64,000 bases of DNA from an uncultured Acidimicrobiia bacterium (GTDB taxonomy: Bacteria; Actinomycetota; Acidimicrobiia; Spongiisociales; JAENVV01): assembly GCA_963752075.1 (NCBI GenBank), contig CAVVWO010000002.1:391886-455885 (forward strand), written 5' to 3'. Positions 53,049 through 63,050 of this stretch are shown here, piece by piece. The position numbers and the translations under genes are program-made. Below the pieces are notes generated by a model that saw only the letters and a program-made list of their open reading frames with translations, did no database searches and was not told the DNA's origin. Positions within the stretch are counted from its first letter, which is position 1. Each line of letters begins with the position of its first letter.

Positions 53049-53876
53049 TCACCCCGGACACCGGTCACGTCGAGATGGGCGGTCGACGCCGCGTTTCCAA
53101 GTCACGGGAAATGCAGATTCCGGAGCGAACCACCGGAACAGCACAACGACAACTGCAAGAGAAAAGATCGCCGATACCACGGCGTCGCTCGGATGGTCTA
53201 CCCCGAGGTAGAGCTGGGCCAGGATCAGAGCTACGACGAGCAACCCAGAAGCACCCAGGACCCAATGGCGTGTGCGCCCCGTCGGGACCAGGGCATATGC
53301 CATGGCGCCGAGCGTGACGCCAAGGCCGGCGACAGGACCGGACGGATGCGAAGGCCCCACCCACGCGCCAATGATCGGCACAAGAGGCCGTGGTCGTCCC
53401 ACGATCTCTTGCAGGATGGCGACCGTTCCCTGAACCAGGATGATGGCCAGAAGTATGGCGAAGAAATGCCGCCAGCGACGCACGACGACCAACCCGATGA
53501 GGGCGCCGATGCGCAGCGCCCGAAGGAACCAGGGTGACCCAAGGGTGGCGACGGCATCAGCGATGGAAGTGAGGGTGCCGTTGCGAATCTCGACGAAATG
53601 ACCCAGAATCGAGAGGTCCTTCTGGGTCCACCAATCGGCCAAACCAGGGACAGCAAACAGCGTGATCCAGATCACGATCATGACCATCCCCCCGACCAGC
53701 CAGAGGATGCCGGCACCGCGCAGCTCCCGCTGGAGAGGCGCCTTCTCGCCACTCGGTCGTCGACGTCGGCCGGCGATCCGAATCCCGGCGATCCGGAGCT
53801 CCCGCCGAAATCCAATCGAGGGAAGGCCAGGCTCGATCGGATCTGGGCGTTGGACCTCTGGTGGCGTCTCCATGGT
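53049..53876 (-). CDS. PAP2-superfamily phosphatase, paralogue 2 (the C-terminal third of a 483-aa ORF whose remainder is an antisense shadow); start uncertain
   Basis: ...ILQEIVGRPRPL...PSGPVAGLGVTLGAMAYAL...LAQLYLGVDHPSDAVVSAIFSL... Confidence 0.55.
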   Translation of the reverse strand, partial: TMETPPEVQRPDPIEPGLPSIGFRRELRIAGIRIAGRRRRPSGEKAPLQRELRGAGILWLVGGMVMIVIWITLFAVPGLADWWTQKDLSILGHFVEIRNGTLTSIADAVATLGSPWFLRALRIGALIGLVVVRRWRHFFAILLAIILVQGTVAILQEIVGRPRPLVPIIGAWVGPSHPSGPVAGLGVTLGAMAYALVPTGRTRHWVLGASGLLVVALILAQLYLGVDHPSDAVVSAIFSLAVVVVLFRWFAPESAFPVTWKRGVDRPSRRDRCPG

Positions 53877-54614
53877 TCCCGCCTCGCTGTCAATTACCGA
53901 ACCTACCACCAGCCGTTCGACGGTCCGGCTGATGGGGACGACTCGCCGGTCGACCGTGACAGCGGCGTTACCATCCGCCCACGTGCTCACTCCACCCTCG
54001 CGCTCGCTTGTTCCAGGCAAGGTGGCGTTCGCCACGTTGGCCGGAGTTGTGGCGTCTTGGTTCCTCGCCGCGCCTGGAACCGTGCCGCAGTTGGAGCAGT
54101 CCATCTTCTCCTGGGTGAATGGGTTACCGGATTGGTTGTTCCCCGTTCTCTGGGGTCCGATGCAGCTCGGAGCGCTGGCCGGAGCCATGTTTCTGGCGGC
54201 CGCCTTGCTGGTGGCGCGAGGAGGTCCGCCGGGGTGACCTTTGCCACCGCCTCCTTGCTGGGATGGCTGGCGGCGGTCCTCGTGAAAGAGATCGTCGCAC
54301 GGGAACGCCCGCTGGGTGCAGGAGTCGACGTCGTGGTGCGGGGTGCCAACGCATCTGGGTTCGGATTCATATCGGGCCATGCCACGGTGGCGTTCGCCGG
54401 CGCCACTGTGATCTGGGTGTTCTACGGGCGCCGGTGGGGTCTGGTCGCCTATGCCCTTGCCGCGGTGACGGGGTTGGCTCGGATGTATGTTGGCGCCCAC
54501 CTCCCTCTCGACATCGTGGGCGGAGCAGCGACTGGCGCCCTGATCGGCAGCATCATCACCTGGACCGAGCTGCGGCTCGTCCGTAGGTGGTCACGAATGA
54601 GTACCGTCCCCTGA
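53871..54614 (+). CDS. PAP2-superfamily phosphatase, paralogue 3 (closely similar to 49372-50034); one frameshift
   Basis: MVPASLSITEP...VAFATLAGVVASWFLAAPGTVPQLEQSIFSWVNGLPDWLFPVLWGPMQLGALAGAMFLAAALL / FATASLLGWLAAVLVKEIVARERPLGAG...GFISGHATVAFAGATV...ARMYVGAHLPLDIVGGAATGALIG. Confidence 0.6.
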   Translation, partial: HGSRLAVNYRTYHQPFDGPADGDDSPVDRDSGVTIRPRAHSTLALACSRQGGVRHVGRSCGVLVPRRAWNRAAVGAVHLLLGEWVTGLVVPRSLGSDAARSAGRSHVSGGRLAGGARRSAGVTFATASLLGWLAAVLVKEIVARERPLGAGVDVVVRGANASGFGFISGHATVAFAGATVIWVFYGRRWGLVAYALAAVTGLARMYVGAHLPLDIVGGAATGALIGSIITWTELRLVRRWSRMSTVP

Positions 54615-54671
54615 CGACCGGAACGGCACCGATCAGAAGCGCCGGCGAGGGGTTGAGTCGGGTTCTCCCGC

Positions 54672-55241
54672 TCAATCGACTTGCCAGGGATCGCTGTCCA
54701 TTCTGCGCGCTCGATCGATCGCTGCTTGGCGCGACGACGGCCCATCGCGGGAGCCGTCCGGCGGAGGAGCATCGAGGAATCGGGCGGCGTCAGGGTCGGA
54801 CCGCGGATCGCTTCGACGAACCCGATCGTAGAACGCCAATCGCTCCGCGTTCCGTTGCCGCCATCGACTGTCCTCGGTGCGGCGGCCTGCCCTGGCGATG
54901 AGCCAGCCGGCCAACAGCATCCCGGCAGCAACGAAGCCGCTCCAACCGATCGTGGAGACCGATCCGATTGTCAGAACGATCAGCCCGAGCACTGACCGAA
55001 CGTCGAGTTGGTCCCCGTCCGAGTGAAGGAAGCTCCACCCGGCGAGGACGGAGAAGGCGACACCGAAGGTGAAGGCGGCCATCCCGAGGACCCACACCAG
55101 CAGGCCGAAGTCCATCGTTCCCGAGAAACTCCGGACCAGCACGAATACTCCGACGATGGTCGAGCCACCGAAGAGCACCAGGGCGATGTGCCGGTACCAC
55201 TTGTACACCAGCGTCGATGGAGTTGCCGAGGCGGATCTCAT
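54672..55241 (-). CDS. hypothetical integral membrane protein
   Basis: Clean 189-aa ORF with four hydrophobic helices, then a charged C-terminal tail. Confidence 0.4.
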   Translation of the reverse strand: MRSASATPSTLVYKWYRHIALVLFGGSTIVGVFVLVRSFSGTMDFGLLVWVLGMAAFTFGVAFSVLAGWSFLHSDGDQLDVRSVLGLIVLTIGSVSTIGWSGFVAAGMLLAGWLIARAGRRTEDSRWRQRNAERLAFYDRVRRSDPRSDPDAARFLDAPPPDGSRDGPSSRQAAIDRARRMDSDPWQVD

Positions 55242-55372
55242 CGATCCCCCTCAGGGCTGCGGCCCCCGGCCACAACCAATCCGCTGTCGCACGTCTCGGT
55301 CATCTGCGGTCATTATCGTCGGTCGACGTCCGCCGCCACGGTCTCTCGACGCGGCGGGGCGCCAAAGGGCAG

Positions 55373-56683
55373 CTACGGCCAGACGAGCACCCGGCCGTCG
55401 GACAATCCAGCGACGAGGACGAACCGCCCGTCGGCAGTCGTCACTCCGGCCAGGTTCGAGGTCAGCTCAGCGCCCAGATCGAAGGCCCAGACCTCCTCGG
55501 CGCCGGTCTCGGTCCGCTGGACTCCGGCCAGCGAGGTCCATCGACCGATGCGGAACCACCACCTCGGGTCGCCCATCTCCGTCGGCGTCGGCCGCCAGGG
55601 TCTGGTCGAGGTTGCGTGATCCGATCGTGTGCGACGAATACCCCTCGAGCGACGCTGTCATCTGGAGTTCGCTCGTCCGACCAGGCGAAGAACTCGACCG
55701 TCCCGCCGATGTGCGGAGTGCGCACGTCGGCCAGTTCGATCTCGCCGTTCGGACCGAAGGGAGCAACAGCTATCTGGTGGCGCCATCGATTGCCCAAGAC
55801 CGATCGGTCCAGAATCGGCAACGAACTCGCCTTCTGCCGAGAGGACCGCGAGACGAGCGCCGCCCTCCGCGTCGGAGACGGTCAGCACGACCTCCTGACG
55901 TCCGTCGTCGTCGAGATCCGCCCACATCCCCGAGATGCCCTTCGACGACCCGACCATCCGGCACGACGATGCTCACCACTTCGAGGGTGGCCATATCGAT
56001 GAGATCGATAGCGGCGGCCTCGATGCGGATCGCCGGCGATCCCGTGCGGGTAGCGATCGGTCGGTTGGGTCAGGACCGCCATCACACCCTTCCGACACTC
56101 AGGACGAGCCGCCCGTCCGGAAGGGGTCGATCTCGAATCGTGCGGTTGCCGGTCGCCTGGGTCACCACCACCGCCCCGTCGTCGGTCACGAAGGCCAAGA
56201 CCACCCGACGAGAGGGCGAGCGGGCTGGTGAGCAGCGAACCCGGTCCCGAGCGGCGGACCAAGGAGAAGAGCGCCTTCGTTGACCACCAGCGCCGGCGGG
56301 GCGGTCACTGGGAGCGCGTGAGGTTCAGTTCGGTGGCTTACGACCGTCGCCTTCGTCGATGTGAGCCGCCACCACGCCGTCCTCGCGCACCGCCACCACC
56401 AGGAGCCGGCCGTCGATTTCGGCGGCCAGCACCCATGCACCGGGCGCGTCGACCGGCCAGTTCCAGATGGGACCGCCCGGCATCGACCCGACTCCCTCGT
56501 GATACCGATTGCCGGTCGGATCACCGCTGGTGGAGACGGCCACCAGCGGGCCTTCGACAGGACCGCGCCGGCGAGGCCTCGCCGACCGGGTCGGTCGGGC
56601 GACCGTCGGAGTCTCCGGACGGCACAGTGACACACGCCGCCACGGTGACCGCCGCCGCGAGGAGCGCAGCCAACCGATCCATC
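55373..56683 (-). CDS. hypothetical lipoprotein with FG-GAP/VCBS-like repeats; many frame disruptions
   Basis: MDRLAALLAAAVTVAACVTVPSGD (lipobox) ...GPLVAVSTSGDPTGNRYHEGVGSMPGG...LLVVAVREDGVVAAHIDEGDG...MWADLDDDGRQEVVLTVSDAEGGARLAVLSAEGEFV...FVLVAGLSDGRVLVWP. Confidence 0.4.
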
Positions 56684-56687
56684 GGTC

Positions 56688-57472
56688 ATAGCCCCCCGGG
56701 AGCGGTGGCACCCGAGGATCCCCCGTCCACCGGCAAGGTCACGGCGGTGATCCAGCTCGCCTTGTCGGAGCAGAGAAACACCACGGCATGGGCAACGTCC
56801 TCCACCTCACCCAGCCGGCCGAGTGGATGCATTCCGGCCACGCGCGTCTTCGCCGTTGATCCACAGCATCTCCGACAGCTTCGTCTTCACCACGGCGGGC
56901 GCGACCGCGTTGACGCGGACCCCCGGCGCCATCTCGAGCGCCAGTTGGCGGGTCATGTGGATGAGGGCGGCTTTGGAGATGTTGTAGGCGCCGATCACGG
57001 AGCCGGGCATCAGCCCTCCCACCGACGCGGTGTTGACGATCACGCCGCCGTTGCGCTTCATCCATTGCTGCCAGACCTGCTGCGACCAGATGAGCGGGCC
57101 CGCGCTGATTGACCGCCCAGGTCTTGTCGACGGCCTCGAGGCTGACGTCACCCGAGGTGACCTGGCGACGGATTGGTGCCGGCGTTGTTGACCAGGATGT
57201 CGCACGAACCGAATCGCTCGATCGTCTCGCGCACTGCTGCTTCGGCTGCGACCGCATCGTCGGCCCGAGCGGCGATGCCGTGGATGCGATCCCGGCGTGC
57301 ACCCGATGACTCGGCGATCTCCTGGACGGCGGCGTCGATGTTCTCCGGTTTCCGGGAGGTGATCACCACACCCCTGGCACCGCTGGCGAGCAGCTCGGAG
57401 GCGATCGCCTGGCCGATTCCCCGACTTCCCGCCGGTGACGATCGCCACCTTGTCGTCGACCCGCACGTCCAT
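56688..57472 (-). CDS. SDR-family short-chain dehydrogenase/reductase; frame disruptions
   Basis: [24 protein letters not shown]...[11 protein letters not shown]...[40 protein letters not shown]...[13 protein letters not shown] (TGxxxGxG, NNAG, YxxxK). Confidence 0.7.
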
Positions 57473-57586
57473 GAGAGCTGCTCCTGATTCGGTGTTCGTC
57501 GTGCGATCTTAGGGTCCGGAGGGGGGACGAGCTTCCTCGCCGGTAGTCCCCGTCGTCACCGATCGGGGCCACGTACCCTGGGCGGT

Positions 57587-58602
57587 ATGCCCGCCAATCT
57601 GACCCCTGACTACAAAGCGGCCGAGGCAGCCTTCCGGAAGGCCAGAGATCCCGAGGAGCAGCTCGGACACCTGCGGGAGATGCTGCGGACGATCCCGAAG
57701 CACAAGGGGACCGAGCACCTCCGCGCCGATATCAAGACCCGCATCAAGGAGCTGACCGAGCGCCTCGGCGGACCTCAGCGCGGTCCGGCTCGCACCGGGC
57801 CCGCCACCGTCATCCATCCCGAAGGGGCTGCTCAGGTGGCTCTCCTGGGCCCACCGAACAGCGGCAAGTCGGCGCTCCATGCCCGCCTCACCGGGTCTCA
57901 CGCGGAGTCGGCACCATACCCCTTCACCACCCAGTATCCCCTGCCCGGGATGCTCATGGTGGAGGACGCCGCCATCCAGCTCGTCGATCTGCCTGCGGTT
58001 TCACCTGACCATCCGGTCGGGTGGATCGCCAACGCTCTCCAGCCGGCCGACGCAGCGCTGCTGGTGGTGGATCTCGGCCACCCCGGATGTGTGTCGGAGG
58101 CGCTGGCTCTGGCAGTCGATGTTGTCCGAGCGCCGGGTCACCCTCACCGAGTCGTGGACCGGGGATGCCGGAATCCGATCGATGACGACCCGTTCGCCAT
58201 TCGTCTTCCGACTCTCTTGGTCGCCAACAAGGCGGACACGATCCCGCACCTCGCCGAAGAAGCAGCCGTGTTCGAGGAGCTGGCCGAGATGGCGTTTCCG
58301 GTCATGGTGGTTTCGGCCGAGACCGGCGAGGGGCTCGACCAGTTGGGGCCGTGGCTGTTCGCCCACCTGGGGATCGTGCGGGTGTACACCAAGGTTCCGG
58401 GCAAGCCGCCCGGACCTGGAGCGGCCCTACACCGTGCGCACGGGTGACACCGTCTTGGACGTGGCGCGTCTGGTCCATCGCGACTTCGTCGAGACTCTCA
58501 AGTTACGCCCGCCTGTGGAGTCGGGCCGGGATCGATGGTCAGCAGGTCAGTCGCGACCACCTCGTGGCCGACGGTGACGTGGTCGAGCTCCACGCCTCTT
58601 GA
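57587..58602 (+). CDS. OBG-type GTPase with a C-terminal TGS domain (DRG/Rbg-like GTP-binding protein); one frameshift near 58400
   Basis: ...IKTRIKEL...VALLGPPNSGKSALHARLTGSHAESAPYPFTT (G1 and G2) ...IQLVDLPAV (G3-like) ...LLVANKADT (G4 NKxD) ...VRVYTKVPGKPPDLERPYTVRTGDTVLDVARLVHRDFVETLKYARLW...GQQVSRDHLVADGDVVELH (TGS). Confidence 0.65.
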
Positions 58603-58610
58603 CGAAACCG

Positions 58611-59118
58611 TCAGTGACCGCCGCGACGGACACCGCCGTATTTCATTCTCGTGTCGCTCATGGCGGCGGGACGCGGTCTCGTCGTCGGGGATGTCGCAAT
58701 CAACGAGTTCGCCGATGAAGAAGGTGTGGGTGCCGCAGTCGACGGCCTGCCACACGCGGAGGTCCATCCACGCCACCGCTTCTTCGAAGATGGGTACACC
58801 CGTCGACGACTCCCGGATCGGACGGTCGTTCAGGGTCATGCCTTCCTTGGTCGCCGGCTTGGAGAACTTGACGAAGGTACGGGTGTCCTCGCTGCTCCAG
58901 AGGTTGATCGAGAACGCTTCCCCTTCGGCGATGAGCCGGTGGGTGACGGCACTCTTGTCCACGCCCACGCCCACCAGCACGGGCTCCATGGCGACTTGGG
59001 TGATCCAGGACGTGGTCATGGCGTTCCACTCGTCCCCCGCCCGGGAACCGACCAGCGCCAACGCGTTGGGGATCTTCCACGTCACTCGGTTGACGAGTTC
59101 GTCTGTCAGTTCGGCCAT
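58611..59118 (-). CDS. flavin reductase family protein (FMN-binding split barrel); one frameshift near the 3' end
   Basis: MAELTDELVNRVTWKIPNALALVGSRAGDEWNAMTTSWITQVAMEPVLVGVGVDKSAVTHRLIAEGEAFSINLWSSEDTRTFVKF...WMDLRVWQAVDCGTHTFFIGELVDCDI. Confidence 0.65.
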
Positions 59119-59218
59119 CGAAACGTCCTCTACGGTCGATCCCGTCAGGCTACCTCGCCCTCGATCACACGGCGGGTTTCGACTCACGTATCGGTCCGAG
59201 GTGGGTTAATCTGACGTC

Positions 59219-59700
59219 GTGCACGTGCTGGTAGCAACCGCCGGAGCTCTGCCACCTGGATCAGTGACCTCGCTCGTCGAGCATCTGGTTCGTTTCGGAG
59301 GCACGGTTTCGGTCATGACGTCGATAGGGGTTCCCCGGAGTTTCCTCGAGGAACTCGCCACTGAGGAGTGGAGACCTTTCGCCGAGGAGATCCGACCGCC
59401 CGAGACGGAGGCGGCTGTCGCCAAGTACGTGGAGGAGCGTGGCCGACGTTGGTCGAGCCGTTGATCGGGGCCATGGAGGCAGCCGGTATCGCCTCGGAGC
59501 CGATGTTCATCGAGGACGAGGACCCGGCCAGTGCGATCGTGGATACGGCGGCCCAGATCGAGGCGGATCTGATCGTGATGGGTTCGACTCGGCCCATCTT
59601 CGATGCCGATTCCTGGGCCAGCGTGTCGGTCCAGGTGATGCAACAGTCGACGATCCCCCTGCTGCTCGTCCCAGGGGTCGCCCGGAGCAGCGACCGAGAA
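59219..59700 (+). CDS. universal stress protein (UspA family); GTG start; one frameshift
   Basis: VHVLVATAGALPP...VEPLIGAMEAAGIASEPMFIEDEDPASAIVDTAAQIEADLIVMGSTRPIFDADSWASVSVQVMQQSTIPLLLVP. Confidence 0.55.
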
Positions 59701-59743
59701 AGACGAGGACTCGCCGCTCGAGTGAGTCGACCCACTCGTGGGG

Positions 59744-60648
59744 CTACCAGGTCACTTCTGCGCAGCCGTGATGGGTATCTGGCTCCACCTGGAGGGTGGC
59801 ATGGACGATCCGGTAGCTTCTCCTGGAGCATCGCCCGCGCTCGGTCGAGCACCGGATGGCGTCGGTGCTCTCACGTGTCATGAGATGCACCGTTGCCACG
59901 TCCATCTCGGAGGTGAGCGTCCAGACGTGGAGGTCGTGGACGTCGACCACACCTGGCAACGGCCAGAAGGTCACGTCGCATCTCTTCCAGGTTCAGGCCG
60001 GCCGGAGCAGCTTGCACGAGGATTCGAATCGCTTGATGACCGAGGCGCCACGCCCTTGGGATGATGAAGAGGCCGATCACAGCCGGCAAAGAGCGGATCG
60101 GCATGGGGCCAGCCGGTCGTGATGGTGATGAGGGTGGCGGCGATCACGCCGAGCGAACCCGCCATGTCGGCGATCACCTCCGAGTAGGCGCCCCTCATGT
60201 TGAGGGACTCGGCGGCACCGGGAGCCAGAAGTCGCCATGCGATCAGATTCACGATCAGTCCCGTCACCGCGACCACGAGCACGGGGCCGGTCAGCACCTG
60301 CGTCGGTTCCCGCACTCGGGATCCTGCTTCATAGAGCACGAACCCTGCCATTGCGAGCAGCAAAACGGCGTTGGCCAGCGCGGCGAGGATCTCCAGCCGA
60401 TACAACCCGTAGGTCCTGCCGCCCCGGGTGGCCGCCTGGTTGGCTGCCACGATGGCAGCCAGAGCCATTCCCAAACCGAGCGCATCGGTAGCCATATGAC
60501 CGGCATCCGACACCAACGCAAGAGAGCCCGTCAGAAACCCGCCGAACACCTCGACGACCATGAACACCACGACCAACCCAAACGCTATGGACAGAGGTCG
60601 AAGGTGGCGTTCTCCTGCGCGAGGAGCGTGGCTGTGGCTGCCGCTCAT
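59744..60648 (-). CDS. cation diffusion facilitator (CDF, CzcD-like) metal efflux transporter; frame disruptions
   Basis: His-rich start MSGSHSHAPRAGERHLRPLSIAFGLVVVFMVVEVFGGFLTGSLALVSDAGHMATDALGLGMALAAIV...AVIGLFIIPRAWRLGHQAIRILVQAAPAGLNLEEMRRDLLAVPGVVDVHDLHVWTLTSEMDVATVHLM. Confidence 0.75.
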
Positions 60649-61028
60649 CGAGGGGGCTCGCCGTCGTGACGGTAATGCTCGATCGCCACGTCGAGCAACA
60701 AACGTACATGCAGGTCCGCAACCCGATAGAAGACCTCCCGACCGTGCTTGCGCGATCGCACCAACCCGGCCAGACGCAGCTGTCGGAGTTGGTGGCTGGT
60801 GGCAGATTCACTGCTCCCGACCATCCCAGCCAGCTCACCGACGCACAGCTCGCCGGCCTCGAGAAGCAGGTAGATCATCAGCAGCCTGTTGGCGTCAGCC
60901 AGCAGCTTGAAGCGGGCAGCCAGGTCCCCGGCGGACTGGGCATCCAAGGTGGTCCGCACGGGCCGATCGTGCTGGTGTTCCTCTTGGCGTTCCTGCTGGT
61001 GTTCCTCTTGGGGCGCCTTCACAAGCAC
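60645..61028 (-). CDS. ArsR/SmtB-family metal-sensing transcriptional repressor with a His-rich N-terminus; its stop overlaps the CDF start
   Basis: Clean ORF; MLVKAPQEEHQQERQEEHQHD...FKLLADANRLLMIYLLLEAGELCVGELAGMVGSSESATSHQLRQLRLAGLVRSRKHGREVFYRVADLHV. Confidence 0.75.
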   Translation of the reverse strand: MLVKAPQEEHQQERQEEHQHDRPVRTTLDAQSAGDLAARFKLLADANRLLMIYLLLEAGELCVGELAGMVGSSESATSHQLRQLRLAGLVRSRKHGREVFYRVADLHVRLLLDVAIEHYRHDGEPPR

Positions 61029-61045
61029 GAGCCTAGCCCGTCATA

Positions 61046-61067
61046 TGAACATATGCTCAGATATTCA
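61046..61067. promoter_or_regulatory. candidate ArsR/SmtB operator: an imperfect inverted repeat TGAACATATGCTCAGATATTCA in a locally AT-richer stretch 18-40 nt upstream of the arsR start
   Basis: Seen directly: tcatatgaacatatgctcagatattcatgg. The TGAA...TTCA arms resemble described SmtB/CzrA-type operators (12-2-12 style). Confidence 0.3.
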
Positions 61068-61157
61068 TGGTTATGGAAACCCGACCCTTTCCGAGAAACA
61101 CCCTGCCGTTCACGCCGGCTACGTGCCGGCCCTGCGGAGCGTTCGCTCCATCGAGGG

Positions 61158-61665
61158 CTAGCGGAGTATCGACGCCAGGAAGACCTCACCGCAGAAGCCG
61201 GCAACGCTATCGCGAGCGGCGATTTCGACCTCGGTCGTCCCGGCCGGCAACACCACGCCGGAGAGCGAGCGGGTGAAGGGTTGCTCGGTCTCGTGGGGAT
61301 GGGTGAGGACTCGCTCGCCGACCACCACGCCGGCGACAGAGACGGTCCACATGTCGGCGTACTTCTCCCAACCGGTGTCGGCCGAGCTGACCGTCGCCGA
61401 GACGGTGTATCGCCGTTGGCGTCCGCCTCACCGTGACGTCGATCACATCCGCACAGCCCTCGCCGGCACGCTCATCGGTCGTCGGTACTGTCGTCGTGGC
61501 GAGCGGTTCCGCAGGGCCGGGGCCGTCGGTGGCGACAGGTGACTCCGTGGTGGCCGAAGCGCCGGGGTGGTGACTGGTAGGGGGGGCTCCGTTGGTTCGG
61601 TTCCCGAGGCCGTGCCGGCCGAGCAGGCCGTCAAGGTGATCAGAATGGCGGTGAAGCCATCGCAT
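61158..61665 (-). CDS. possible small beta-rich hypothetical protein downstream of fdhD; frame and limits unclear
   Basis: The only protein-like translation here is ...ADTGWEKYADMWTVSVAGVVVGERVLTHPHETEQPFTRSLSGVVLPAGTTEVEIAARDSVAGFCGEVFLASILR; I recognise no family. Confidence 0.2.
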
Positions 61666-61675
61666 GCCGCCGATG

Positions 61676-62534
61676 TTAGGGACTGAATCCGATCAACCCC
61701 GGTGTAGACGTTGCACCCGCTCCCCCGCAGGAACCCGATCAGCGTCATGCCCAGTTCTTCGGCGAGCTCGATTGCCAGCGAAGAAGCCGCCGAGATTCCA
61801 CAGACCACGGGGAGGCCGGCCACGGCCGCCTTCTGGACGATCTCGAATGAGATCCGACCCGAGACCACCAGGACCAGCTGCGCGGGACGGGCTGTCGGCT
61901 GCCGAGCGCCCCGATCACCTTGTCGACCGCGTTGTGCCGGCCGATGTCTTCGCGAAGCAAGAGCATCGCTCCCGGAGGGATCGAACACGGCGGCGCCGTG
62001 CAGACCACCCGTGTCGTCGAATGTTGCCTGTCCGGCTCGTAGGCGCGTCGACCAATCCGAACAAGACGTCATAGCGAGGACCGGTCCTTCGGCTTGGCCG
62101 GAGCCGCCGTCAGGCGAACCGCATCGATGCTCGCTTTACCGCAGACGCCACACGACGAGCTGGTGTAGACGTTGCGCTGGAAAGCGGGACGGGTCGACGT
62201 GCACACCGTCGGCGAGAATCACCTCCCACCGGTTCTTCTCCGGATCGCCTTCGACCGCCCTCACGTCGGCGATCTCGTGCTCCCCCACGACGATCCCTTC
62301 GGTGATGAAGAATCCCTTGATCAGTTCGGCGTCGTGGCCGGGCGTGCGCATGAGCACGGCCAGCGGGACCGTGCCCAGGCGGATCTCCAAGGGGCGCTTC
62401 GGCCACCACCACGTCCTCCACGAGGCCGGGCCGACCCATCGCGAATCCTGAGGATCGGCCGGGAGACCGAAGGCATGTCGCTCGACATTGTCCATGGGCA
62501 GAACTTCTGACGCTGCCGCGACCCTACCGGGCAT
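61676..62534 (-). CDS. fdhD: formate dehydrogenase accessory sulfurtransferase FdhD; frame disruptions
   Basis: ...LAVLMRTPGHDAELIKGFFITEGIV...EDIGRHNAVDKVIGA...LVLVVSGRISFEIVQKAAVAGLPVVCGISAASSLAIELAEELGMTLIGFLRGSGCNVYTGVDRI. Confidence 0.7.
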
Positions 62535-62636
62535 CGCGCGCGACTGACACAAAAAGTGTCACACCCTCCGGCCATGATGGAGCCATGAACAGAGTTCGAG
62601 TGCCGTCACACCATCGTCGAAGTCGGAGGGACCGGC

Positions 62637-63050
62637 GTGAGCGCCTGCCCTGGCTGCGGCACGGTCGAGTGGTGGAACGCCCATCGGCCACTCGACCCGG
62701 CCGAAGGGATGGCTCGCCTGTTCGGTCAGTTCGATCTACTGGGAGCCATTCCGGCTGTGCGGGCACCGGCGGCCGAGGTTCTGGTGTATCGGGCACCCAA
62801 CCGTCGAGCCCGCAAAGCCTTTTCGCCGTTTCCCGCCGGGGTCTGGCTCGAGGCACATCCCGGTTTGTGGTTGACCCACGACGGCGAGAATCTGCTCCTG
62901 GCGCCCGCCGACCCGATTCTGGCCCGCAACCTCGTCGGGATGCGTGATCGCCGCTCTCGGCTCGATTCCCAACACTCGGCAAAGCTGCCCGGATCGGTGT
63001 TGGCGCCACACATCAATACGCCGATCCGTTCGCCCGGCCGGGCGACGTAG
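62637..63050 (+). CDS. hypothetical protein
   Basis: 137-aa ORF with ...PFPAGVWLEAHPGLWLTHDGENLLLAPADPILARNLVGM. This is more protein-like than the overlapping R/A/S-rich opposite-strand frame; I recognise no family. Confidence 0.35.
   Translation: MSACPGCGTVEWWNAHRPLDPAEGMARLFGQFDLLGAIPAVRAPAAEVLVYRAPNRRARKAFSPFPAGVWLEAHPGLWLTHDGENLLLAPADPILARNLVGMRDRRSRLDSQHSAKLPGSVLAPHINTPIRSPGRAT

Noticed and set aside
53890-54500. Upstream two-thirds of the 483-aa minus ORF 53049-54500
   Set aside because: It overlaps and is antisense to PAP2 paralogue 3 on the plus strand (53871-54614), which has all the PAP2 motifs. Only the C-terminal PAP2 part (53049-53876) of the minus ORF is credible.
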